DNA of 59,429 nucleotides, counting the filler, from Sluysia triapertura (Eukaryota), in NCBI GenBank assembly GCA_046118255.1. It is 4 parts of 4 records of this genome, joined end to end, with 100 filler letters (N's around TTAATTAATTAA, not from the genome) between each part and the next. Parts side by side here need not be neighbours in the genome. Positions count along the whole stretch, not along the records: positions 1 to 20,505 come from JBJNIA010017745.1; 3 more parts are not named here. One strand, 5' to 3'. The notes below the pieces were generated by a model that worked only from the letters and a program-made list of their open reading frames with translations, made no database searches and was not told the origin of the DNA. Positions 1-11,912 of the stretch are shown one piece after another; the stretch's first letter is position 1, and the number at the start of each line of letters is the position of its first letter. A program made the position numbers and the translations under genes.

Positions 1-467
1 AGCCCCGTCTAACAATTTCATTTTTATTATATTCAATTTTATCAAATGGCACTTTTAGGCCTTTTACCCCAACATTTATACATATCTTTACCAGCAACAC
101 CATCTGACCATATGAAATTTCTAATACTATACGTTTGAGTCATTATACCTTCGAATATTTTCTGAGATATATCTTTTCAAATGAACCGCCTTCTAAAAAT
201 GATATTAGAAAAATCATTACTTCTAACTTTTTAAGTTTGCCATATTCTTTTACTAGATTTTCATCAAAATTATGAAGTACTTTACTGCTCCAACAATTAT
301 TTGTAAAATATACCAAAATACACAGGAATATGCTACGATTTAATTACCATTGATCTTTCTAGATAAAATTACAAAATTATAATCATCTGGAACAAAAAAT
401 AGTAAGTGATTCATAGAATTAAAAATTGCTTTACAAAAGTTTCTGTTGTAACAGAAATGTTGAGATG

Positions 468-860
468 TTATATCGAAATCATTTTCTTTAAACTGTGAGG
501 GAAACTAATTGTATACACTCTAGGAATGGAAACCAATTCGTGTAATCTATGTGCATACGGACAGGCATTTCCATTATAGATGCATTCCCCTGTTATTAAA
601 ATTCCATATGGACATAATGCTGATTTGAAGAAACATGATTTATCGTATTCTTGCATTACATGGTACTTTATATTATCAATACTTGTAACATTGAACGATC
701 TAATTGGTCTGATCGAAGCATTAGATGGTTGCGTTACATTAAAAATTGACTGGTTGGTACGTGACGTGTTTAGGATAACACGTATTTTTTTAAATTCAAC
801 ATGTTTATTTGTTTCGCTTAACTCATCTATATTTTCGACAGCATTTTGTAAAATAATTTA
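468..860 (-). pseudogene. Cassette ORF-H copy A, with an intact C-x9-C-x6-C-x3-H zinc finger
   Basis: Frame open from about 860 to the stop at 468: FFKSALC-PYGILITGE-C-IYNGNA-C-PYA-H-RLHEL. Confidence 0.7.
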
Positions 861-1334
861 AGGGGATGATCTTGCCTAAATTCAAAATACAATATAAGGT
901 CTTGCCTAAAAACAAATTAAAAATTAAGTATATTTTAATATTCCCTTAACGGCGAATATGACCTTATATAATAAACAATTACTTAGATATGGAATACAAA
1001 TAGCATTGATCTTCCAAAAAATCGATTGACTTAAAAAAATCTTGAGCCAATTTCTAAAATTTTTCTTGTGTCATTAAGTTAAACCTACCTATTTAAACTG
1101 ATATTCGCCATTTGTAAATAATGCATCAAATTGATTAATTAAAAGAAAATATTTGCAAAAATTTATTTTTTATTTAAATTTTGAATTTTTTTTATTTTAA
1201 ATTTCTTTTAAAATTTTAATTTAATTTTATTGTTTTGTATTGAATAAAATAAAATAAATATTTTTACGTAAAATACAAATAAAATGTACAAAACACAAAA
1301 TACCTATACTAAATATAAAATTATCAAAATGCTC

Positions 1335-1425
1335 TCTGACAATAATTATATAACATAGCATGAGCTATATCCATTAAAATGTAATTCATACACCTTTGAA
1401 ATGCAGTTGGACCTCGTAAGCTTTA
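1335..1425 (-). mobile_element. LTR-retrotransposon (Ty3/gypsy-like) reverse transcriptase fragment
   Basis: LRGPTAFQRCMNYILMDIAHAMLY resembles RT motif B (GL..AP..FQR.M..IL). The YxDD motif is destroyed and the match is short. Confidence 0.5.
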
Positions 1426-2274
1426 TTTCATAAGATGTACCCATAATTAAGTTAAGGCACAAAATCTGAAATAAATATTTTATTTTCAAGCTAGATTAAA
1501 TCTAGTTATAAATCTAGTCACTTTTAAAATCAAAAATTTACTATCAGGAATTAATATATAGTCAGTGTTATTAATATAATTTGTGCTTTAAGAATTATTA
1601 TTGGTTAATATGGTAATTCAGGAAGAGTAGAAGCATTATTTAAACATTAAGACAGACAATTATTAATGTAAATTTTTAGAGTACAGAATCTAATTATTTT
1701 GCATTAGGAGGGAATGACTCATAATGAAAAAAAGTTAAGAAATATTTAACTTAAAAGAATTATAACTTTAAGGTATAATTTATTTAGAGTATAAAAAGAC
1801 CCTCGCTATGATTAATTACATTAAATAATCCTATAGAAATATCTTCCATATAGATACAAAGCGTTGGCAAATAGGTGAAACACTGCGAAGTAACAGTTGC
1901 ATTAAAAAATTTGCAATGCTTTTAGATTATACGATATTGCATAACATTTACAAAATTTAAAATTTTTAAATTATGTAAAATGTAGATACAAAATTCTCAA
2001 AGCAGAAAATAGCTCCTTTTAATAGTTCTTCGTTTTATTAAACAATAATGTAACTTTATATTTACTCTAAGATTTTCTTTTAAATAGCGAAATGATAACA
2101 GCTAATCCATATTTTACACATTTACTTGATTTGTTTTAATATTTTTACAGAAAAATTTTGCGCTATATGTAATTATTTATTCATTTATATGAGAATTATT
2201 AAGTTTCATAATATGTTTTAGATTATGTATTATATGTTTTATTTAAGTATTCTTTAAAATTAAATTTATTGTAA

Positions 2275-3378
2275 ATGGTATCTGATCATTTTATTTTATC
2301 TCGTCAAATTTTCACCAAGCATAGCCGTTTACGAGACCAAAAAGTATATAATAATAAAGTACATTCTCTCGGATGGAGTGCAGATGGTTCTAAATTAGGT
2401 ACTGGATCTTCGGATCGGGCAATAAACATTTTTTACTTGGATAATTTTAGCTTGGTAAGTTTATTAGTTAAGGTCACATTTTGCTAAGACTAAAGGATCA
2501 ACAATTCGAGGTCATAGTAATGCAGTAGATCAATTAAGGTGGCATCCAACAGATTCTCATATTTTCAGTACGACGGGTGCAGATGGAAGTGTACGTTTAT
2601 GGGATACTCGTACATCAAATAAAACAATAGGAGTGATGCAAGGAAAAGGAGAAAATATAAATTTAGCCTGGTCTCCAGATGGAAGTACACTAGCAGTTGG
2701 TAATAAAGAAGATTTAGTAAGTTGGATAGATGTAAGAAAAATTCAAGAAACACTCCATTCCGAACAATTTAAATGCGAAATTAATGAATTTTCATGGAAC
2801 AATGATGGAAGTTATTTTGTACTTACTACAGGATTGGGAACGTTGTATTTTTACAGGTACAATTTTAAAATTATTTTATAGTTTAGCTTTCCCGAATTTA
2901 AACGCGAGTATACTTTAAAAGCTCATGCTGTTAATGCTATTTGTCTTCAGTTCGATCCTACTGGTCAGTATTTTGCTGTCGGGTCTGCTGATGCCCTTGT
3001 ATCTTTATGGGATATTGCTGAATTAGTAAGTACGAAAATTTTGTCTCGGTTAGTTGCTTATTTTGTTGTGACACCACTTATAGATTAGAATGGCCTTTGA
3101 GAACAGTTGGTTTTTCTTTCGATGGTCGTTTAATTGCTAGTGGTAGTGAGGATCATTTCATTGATATTGCTGAAGTTGAAAGTGGAGCTCAAGTATATAA
3201 GTTAAATACTAATTCAGCTGCATTTGCATTGGCCTGGCATCCACGTGAGTATTTGTTTGCATTTTCTTCAGATGACAAAAGCAATGAACGTGATAGAGAA
3301 CAAGGTAGTGTTCGTATGTTTGGGGTTTTTCAATCTACAGAAGGATATTTCACAAATAAGAATCGATTTTTGAAATAA
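2275..3378 (+). CDS. THOC3: THO complex subunit 3 (TEX1), WD40-repeat protein; exons 2275-2454, 2489-2856, 2887-3048, 3084-3378
   Basis: The spliced frame is continuous across three GT-AG introns (34, 30, 35 nt). Peptides KVHSLGWSADGSKLGTGSSDR, RGHSNAVDQLRWHP, KGENINLAWSPDG, QFKCEINEFSWNN, FDPTGQYFAVGSADALVSLWD and RLEWPLRTVGFSFDGRLIASGSEDHFIDIAEVESG match THOC3 as I recall it. Confidence 0.95.
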
Positions 3379-4189
3379 TGTCTTAATTTTACGATATTTT
3401 AAGCTAGCATTTAAAAGACTACCTAATGATTTTTTGTATATTCGTCAATTTATTTTTAATTATATAATTAAAAAATATCGTTATAAATTTGTATGTTTTT
3501 TAAATATATTCTTGTTGGTTTTTATTTAAAATCGGTATTCAATCGAAGCTGTAACCTAGTTGGGTATGTTAGTTATACACTGAAAAATAACTTGCTATAA
3601 TCGATTCAAAATAATAGAATTGTGTTTTTATTGGATATGTATTGTACAAGCTTTGTTTGTTTTCAATCTTTTGGAATATTTACTTTTCGTGTTAATATTT
3701 ATAGATATAAATATTAAAATCACAATGTAAACTTAGCTATTTTTAAAATATTAAAGTAACATTCTAGAATTTTGTAAGAAATCATTGATATTAAAGGTTA
3801 AATTCATTCCTCTTAACTATTTTTATAAATAAAAATTATAAGCATTAAGCTCCAAGCTAATGATACAAAAATGTAAAAAATTATTTTTAAATGAAGTGCT
3901 TTATCACTAAAAAATTTAATAATGATTTTTACTATTTAGTCTGTTTGATTGTATTTTGAATTTATAATAATACATTAAAGATTTTTAAACTATGATATTT
4001 CAATTTATAACCTTAGAAGGGCTATTAAATTCATTTGGTTTTTGCACGTTATTTAATTATTTATTAAATATTGTTTTTGATTGCTAGTAAATTTTCTAAC
4101 TAGCTTTTTCTAAAATTACAGATAATGCATATATTTCTTCGCTTTGTCGATGTAATGTAATATAATTTTAATTTGTTTTTAATATTTTA

Positions 4190-6172
4190 TAAATTCATTT
4201 GTTATGTATGTTAACAATTATAATGATTGTTATTTTAATGTGAGAACTAATTTAAGTAAAAGTAGATTGAGTTGAGTAAAGGAAAATAATAGATAATCAT
4301 AAATCAAATTTTTGTGTTTAGTACCTAACAAAGATTGACAGACTGTACCATATAATTGTCAAAGTTGTTATTGTAGGATTAATTCTCAAAGAATGTTGCG
4401 ATGATTTGTGTGAGAGAATATTTGATTAAAAAATTTAGGAATGATTAGAAAATATAAAAGGTTTACCTTAAAATTTTACTACACTTAATAATTTAAATGA
4501 GAAGTTCTATGTTTTAAGTAATTTTTTAATTTTAATAATTGAAAATAATATTACTTTTGTTGGGATTTTATAAAAAGGTTTTTTGTGTTTTGGAGAAATT
4601 TATATTTTATTATTAAGGAATAAGTGTGAATAATAGTTAATATTTTCATTTTATCTCTATTAATTATTTTATTTTGAACTGCTGTTAGGTGACGGTAGCT
4701 TTGAATGTTAGATTGACAATAAAAAGAATAGATAACTCAAGAGAAAATAATTGGAAGTACAATATATTGAATATAATTAAAGTTGTATCTTTTGGCTTTA
4801 TTTTAGAAATGTAATAAAAGAATTAAGACAAATTTGATAGTGCTGTGAGTTTCCTTAAACTTAAACCTATGGCAAAATAAAAATGAACAGGGTACGCTTA
4901 CAACTAGTAGTTGGCACTTCAGTAACTAATAAGTGAATAATTCTTACCCTAACTTTTATTAACAAATTTTAAATAATTATAATAAAAATAAGAGAATTAA
5001 AATTTCGATGAAATATTTAATTTAGTTAAGAATTTTAATATTATAAAGCTCCTCTCAATACATCGAAGGCACAAATAAATAACGCAAGATTTTAAAATTT
5101 TTATCTTCGAGAAGATAAAAACTCCCTGGACATGGATGATAGATACAGTTTCCAGATACATTAGATAACATATCCTCGGAGCTAGATAATAATTGAAATT
5201 GATAATGAATATTATTAAACTGGCTGATGATTAAAATAACAGTATACTTAAAATATCTTAATATTAAAATGGCGATTTTAATTAAACTGATGCTAGTTTA
5301 TGTACCAGTCATTAGCCAATGAAAATCGATGGAATGCTCTAGAAGCTTCTATTCTATTTATAGAGAATAATTTTCTTTTTTTTGAAAAAAATGTTTTTGG
5401 ATATTTGGAAACTCTAAAATATTTTTGATAATTTTAGGGATTGTGATAGCAACCTATCAATAGAAATAAGGAGTCATTAAATTAATTTTTTATAAGTGAA
5501 GAAAATTCTTTGTGATAATTTATTTTAGATTTTAACACTTATTAAATTAAAATTCAGTAAGATTTTAAGTTAAGTTTGCTTTAATATTAAATTATTGTTA
5601 TAAATAATTAAGATCTAACAACATATACATTGTTGGGACTAGTGAAGGATAAGGAGAAACATAAGGGTCATGAATAAGCAAATACATACACAGTTTCAAA
5701 TTTAACACAACATTCCGCATTCAAAAGTTATTCACAAAAACGTACTTTTTCTTAATTAAGTTAATTAAGATTTTAATTAATTAATCTATTTTTAGACTTA
5801 ATCTTATTTTATGTTTAGCAATTCAGTAATTTATAAGGCATTCAGGAGGCTGTAGATGTTTTCATCCTCATCTTTCTTATTCCTACTTCTACATCTTCAT
5901 GTTAATTATTACCATACTAGATTTTATTTCTTAAATATTTTAAAGATTACTCGAAGATCTTAGATACTTATCGATGTTTCAAGAATGCTTAAACAATTTT
6001 GACAATTACTTGGTACGATCTGTCAAACTTCATTAGGTGCAAAACACAAAAATTTGATTTATTATCAACCATAGTTTTCTTATACTCTACTCAATCTATT
6101 TTTAATTAATTACTTCTCACAATAAAATAATAATCAATAATATTGTTAACATACATAAAAATAATGAATTTA
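4190..6172. repeat. Diverged inverted repeat pair, about 4190-4365 and 5995-6172
   Basis: aaatcaaatttttgtgttt / aaacacaaaaatttgattt, tatgtatgttaacaat / attgttaacatacata and taattgtcaaa / tttgacaatta occur in mirrored order. Confidence 0.8.
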
Positions 6173-9100
6173 ATTTCTATTTTTAGAATTTAATTGATTT
6201 TCGATTTTTCACACCCAATTTTCTAATTTTAAGGTTCTTATTCTCAAACAATGCATTCTACAAACATTTTAAACTCACTTCTAGATTCTTCTCTCTCATA
6301 GGAATCATTTCTTATTCCATTCATTATAAATATAAAATAATCAACATTCCATAATTAGTTATTGTCGATCTAATTCTCGAAAAGGCTTTGATTATTAGTG
6401 TAAAACTCAGGATTGATTGGAAAATGAGAGTATAAAATGAAAAACTTAAAAACAGCAATATGATCAAGAAGATCTATGAGTTAAGTATTTTATTTAAGAT
6501 TTAATAATTTTATTTTTGTTTTTAATTTTATTATTTTTATTTTTGGTGAGGTCGAAGTAGAAGTTAATTTTTTATAAACTCAAAATTTAATAAAACTACT
6601 GAAAATTTGTATTTTATTTTTTAAATAAGTTAAACAAATAATTATATTAACTAATGAAAACTTTATAACCATTAATGATTTACAAACGAATAAGTTGAAC
6701 AAACAAATCCAAACTTTATTAAAAATTATTGTAAAAAACAGCATGAAAAATATAATTATACCAATATTGATGACATAAAGTTCACTTAGATTTTCTACTA
6801 AGGGTTCGATCAATTCCACAACTAGCCTGTCTACATAAGCACGATCGAATATTGAAACATAATGTTAAGAACTTGGTTCCTTACATATCAAAGGATATTT
6901 GTATAAAAAATTTGAAACTCAACCTAATTTTTAAGCATATTAGAAAAGCACAAATGAAAAGGTTGATTCTTTTGAGCTAAAACAAAGTTAATATTTTCAT
7001 TAAAATATTTCCGAAAATAATACCATTCTTTTAATATTGCAAGAATAAATGTAAATAAATAAATGTATATGCTAAGTAATGCTAGAATAAAAACTTAAAA
7101 TATATCGGTGAGTTCACCAACGTCTTGGTCTTACCGACTTAACGGCCAAGCGTTGGATTTTAACATGAAAGTAGAAAATGGAGGTCAAGATAAATTTAGG
7201 CTTAAATTTTTTAATACAATTTCAACTTTAAAAATCAATTTAAATAAAATATCAAATGGTTTAATTAAGTCAATAATTTTTTGGGCTATTCGGATTTTAT
7301 ATTGATTTTAATTTAAATTTTGAAAATCCTATAGAAAATGATTTTTCTTAGGTTTGAATATACAAACCTTTCGAAATAAGCAGTTTACTTGGGTTCAAAT
7401 AAACTGAACCCTTAAAGAATTTTAGATTATTTTTCTTAGGTTCTTTCTCGAACCTGTACAATTTTAAATTAATATCAACAAAAATGATAGAAAGTTATAT
7501 TAATCAAAAAATGTAATAAAAGTTAAATACACAACTTATTTTTATAATAATATAATTTTTACAAGGAAAAATAATTAAATTTACACGGATTATTATGATA
7601 ATCTTTATAATAATGATTTTAGAATAGATTTTTCTTTGTTTTCATGAAAGAAAACGAAACTTTTTTAAATTATATTTTACGTGGATTTTTCTTAGCAATT
7701 GTTAATAATTGCGAAAATCTTATCAAAATAGACTAACAGTAACAAGTAACAGTGAATTGATAGTTTCAATAATTTGATGAATTGTGTGATTGTAACGTTA
7801 TCGACGATTCCTTTCTTGGAACGATCCAAAAAATTGAATATAAAATAACAATTTGAAACTCTGCGTTGAAGATGTCAGAAAAATCTTAGCAAGTGGCAAA
7901 TTATAAATTACAATTGTAATCGTACTAATTGTGAAAATTATGGATTGTATAGGTCTATTTATATTCAAATCTTATCTGTTAAGGTTAGTCCACTTAAACA
8001 AAATTTATCACTTAAACAAAATTTAAATTTAATAAAATTTTCATAAATAATTAAATTTCATAATAATAAAAGTTTTATAAACAGATTTAATAATTTAATA
8101 ATTTAATAATAAATATAACAATAATCGAGCTTACCAATTTGGAGGTTTGATGACAAAATATATTTCCAGAATAATTGAAATATTTAAAAATTTGAAATAA
8201 TAATAAAACTTTTTAAAATTAATTTGAAATAATAATTTATATTTTTAAAATAGTGAAAATTCTATTTGAATTGTTTATATTATATCTAATTTTCGAACTT
8301 TTAAAACTAATTGTGCTGACGTAAATTTTAAACTTTAAAACGTAAACTTTAAACTCAACTTTTACAAGTTATACGCTACATATATTCTTATTAACGTCAA
8401 TATAGAAATTGTAATATTGCAGGAGAATGATGTCATTTTGTTGATGAAGTTATGAGTGATTTAAATTATTTGATTTAACAGAAGAAATAGTGCAACACAA
8501 CACATATCAAAGAATTAGAAACCAATATTATAGGGTAAATAAAAATTATGATCATTCATATTAACAATGTTAATGTATTAATAAAGAAATGCATGGACTA
8601 ATAAGTGAAGTAAAGAAAAATTTTACATAGAACAAAAAGACCAATGATTTTATTAAAATAGAAATGAAGAGATAAATATAATCTAGTACAAATAAACCAA
8701 CCAACCAGAAATTAAATGAAAATGAATGTACAAGTGAAAACACATATTGCAGTAAAAATAAAGATTTAAAGATGAAATTGACCACATTATCGAGACAATA
8801 TTTAATGAAGTTAGTTAAGTGTAGAAAGAAACTGTTCACATAATAGATTCAATTGTTATAGAATGCGATTTAAGTATGATTGTTACTTAAATTGAATTAT
8901 TTAAATTGCAGTTATTGGTCTTGGTATAATATTAATGAATAATATAATATAAATAATAAAAAAGTAACATTAATTAAAAAAGAAACTAATTAATTAATAC
9001 TTTTTGATTTACAAAAATTATTAGAACAAATTTTGGTTTACAATAAATAGTTCAATTTGTTTTTATTAATTAAATTTTAAATGTGAATATTTTATTATGA

Positions 9101-9639
9101 ATATTTTATTTATATTAATTTGTATAACATTTTATTTATTTATGAAATTTTTAATCATGTTTTGTTTAATTATTAAGTTTATATTTTTACTATTATTTAA
9201 ATCATTATGAAGGTCAAATATTCAAACATAAATAGTGTTTAATTGCAATGATTGATTAGGCGATTAGTTAACTTATAAGTGTTTAACTGTATTTCTCTAT
9301 ACTTGATTTTTTCTCAAGTTGGCAATTGAGTTATTGTTCAATTACGAAGATTTATTGTGTCTATATTTAACAATTTCCATTTTTTATTTGCGGAGATTAT
9401 AACAATTGATCGTTAGCTTTTAATTAATAGGAGTTTAACAGCTTTAATTATTGTTTTTTAAAATATACTTAAAATTTATTTATTGTACTAAGGGTTATCC
9501 TTTAACATGCTAACCGAATAAAATCAGTTTTAAATCTCAAAAGAATTCAAGATTACTAAAAAGAATAACCTAATAACATTTTATTTATACATACATATAG
9601 ATACACTCGAATAAGTTTTGTCATTATTTTGTACTTTAT

Positions 9640-10050
9640 AATTATTTCTGTAAAATTTCATCAATAAATCTTTGTGGTGGTCAAATTTTAATTAACAAAT
9701 TTTATTAAAATTTTTTTCCCTTTAATACCTTCAAAATCTACAATTCAAAATTTTAAAATTTATTATAAACACTTTCATACATAGTTCAATACTAACATAA
9801 CCAAAATCATATTTTTCAACATCACACAATTACGTTTTAGAATATACCAAAATTTAGACTATAATTTATCTTCTTTACATTCACTAAACTACATTTTTTC
9901 AATACATCTTTAAATCACAATCTCCTAACATCCAAATATTACTTCCATTCAAAACATCAATGCATATTTAAAAATTCACATAAAACATTTATATTATTTC
10001 AAAATTCTTAAGTCACAAGTTTTAAACACCTAAACTATCAAATATACACC
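9640..10050 (-). pseudogene. Cassette partner ORF-P copy B, unknown protein, divergent from ORF-H copy B
   Basis: About 80 nt align colinearly by eye with 42720-42865 on the same strand: ICIDVLNGSNIWMLGDCDLKMY vs MCIDGLDENVILML*DYEFKVF. Confidence 0.6.
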
Positions 10051-10267
10051 AAACTAATCCAAAATAATTTCATTTAATATATCCAGAAAAAAGAAATTTA
10101 TTAAAGAAAGATCATGTTCTTCTGTTTCAAGAGATTTATGCAATTTATGATTAATAATAATAATAATAACATTATTATTATTATTATCACCATTTTTAAT
10201 TTCACAATTAATTATTTTCGTAACTACCACTATCAAGGGAGACATTTTTAAATTCATATGTACAGTA

Positions 10268-10452
10268 TTGTCACCACTCATAGTGGTTAGAGTTGACTGG
10301 AAGTAATTAGTATTATTATTGATCGTCCAACCAGAGTAGCTCTGTTCATTATTTTTATCACTCTGGTTGAACGGCCAATGGAAATTTGTTATTGGATATC
10401 ATGCGTTTAATGTGAGGTAGAAGTGAGTAATTTTATTAATTCGTCAATTAAT
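10268..10452. promoter_or_regulatory. Candidate bidirectional promoter/spacer of cassette B
   Basis: 14-bp inverted repeat CGTCCAACCAGAGT (10324-10337) / ACTCTGGTTGAACG (10360-10373, 1 mismatch), CCAAT and ATTGG boxes, TGTCACCA and TTCGTCAATTAA. Confidence 0.45.
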
Positions 10453-10472
10453 GTAAAATTTCTCTTATTAAT

Positions 10473-11912
10473 GTGTATTTTAAACAGTCAATGAATTATA
10501 GAAATCATGAAAATATTATTTTAATTTGTCAAAGAATTGAATCACTTGGTCTTGCTAAGAGTTCCTTAAAAAATCAGATGTTAACAACATTGCCATCAAT
10601 TGCAATATCTTTTCATTATTTGTTTGGTAATTTTAGATTTTTGCATAATTTGAGATATGATGAAGTAAATGATACGTTTTATAGTTATTCAGTCGAGTCT
10701 TGGTTTGTTTCACCAAGTCGTACTTTATCTCGAGATTTGAATAAATTTCTACATATTTATAAAAATGATTCGAATTATATGGAAACATTACAACCGACCT
10801 CCAAAGATTTAGTGTACTATATTGACATAACAGATTATGATGCTAATCGAAAGTGTTCTTCAAAACCATATATGTATAAAAATTGTTGGATTTTGATTAC
10901 TGCAGAAATGAAGATATTGCATTGTATTCTATCGGAAGACTTTTGTTTCAAACATATTTTGTGCGTATTTTCAGTAAGAGGAGCTATTCATTGATGGGTT
11001 CCTGATGATGCGGTCAAGTTATTAGATGTCAATCAGCTTAGTAATTTAATAGATTTTATAAGTCGTTGTAAGCAAGGCAGTTTTAAATCAAAAATGAATA
11101 ATAAATCTAAAGATAACGTTTATCCAGTTTTAACAGTTAGTACAGTAATACACACAAATGATTTTAATATATCTGTTTTGGTAAGTTAAAAAATGTTAGA
11201 AGATACTGTAAGAACGAAATATATTTCAGATAACTTACCTAATTCACTTTTGTACGTCCGAGATGATTCTCAATTCAAATGTTTTAAAATTGATAAAGCA
11301 AGCAATGATTATAATAATGAATCATGAAAATGCTTATATATTAGTATTCTAAAAAAATTGATGAAATTCTCATTTATAATATTTATTTACATGTCCTTCA
11401 TCCAAGGCTCGATGTTAATGTTTCAAAAGAATTTATATCTAGAAATCTAAAACAAAAAGTAATGCAGGACAAGATGGTACTAAATCAAGCAGGGATGATC
11501 AAAATAATGATAAAAAGAATTTTGAGAATGCACAAATTAGTAGTTTCGTTCCAAAGTCAACAAAAAATAACTGTGCTGTCAGTATATATCGAAATAGCAA
11601 TTCGTTTAACATATTGTAAATTAGTATTCTTCCCTTACAAATCTAATCAGGATGGACAATGTTTAAAGTTTGGAAATAACTGTAGATTTGCGCATACAAT
11701 CGATCAAATTCAAGAACCAGAATTCAACAGTCTTCCAAGCATCACATCGCAATAGATTAAATGATCTAATATCTACTCAGTTTATTAAGACCGACGATTA
11801 TCAAACCACAAAGTCAGTTGGAGAAATGAACGACGCTGAGTGTAATAAAGTAATAATAGTTTATAAATTTAATATCGAACTGAATATAATAAGACGAGAT
11901 GGCATATTTTAA
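10473..11912 (+). pseudogene. Cassette ORF-H copy B: degenerate DEAD-box RecA1-like region plus CCCH finger
   Basis: Motif-like segments in DEAD-box order: RIESLGLAKSSLKNQMLTTLPSI (Q motif), WFVSPSRTLSRDL (Ia), CWILITAE (Ib/Ic) and WVPDDAVKLLD (II). Then F-PYKSNQDGQ-C-LKFGNN-C-RFA-H, with the first Cys lost. Multiple stops and frameshifts. Confidence 0.65.
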
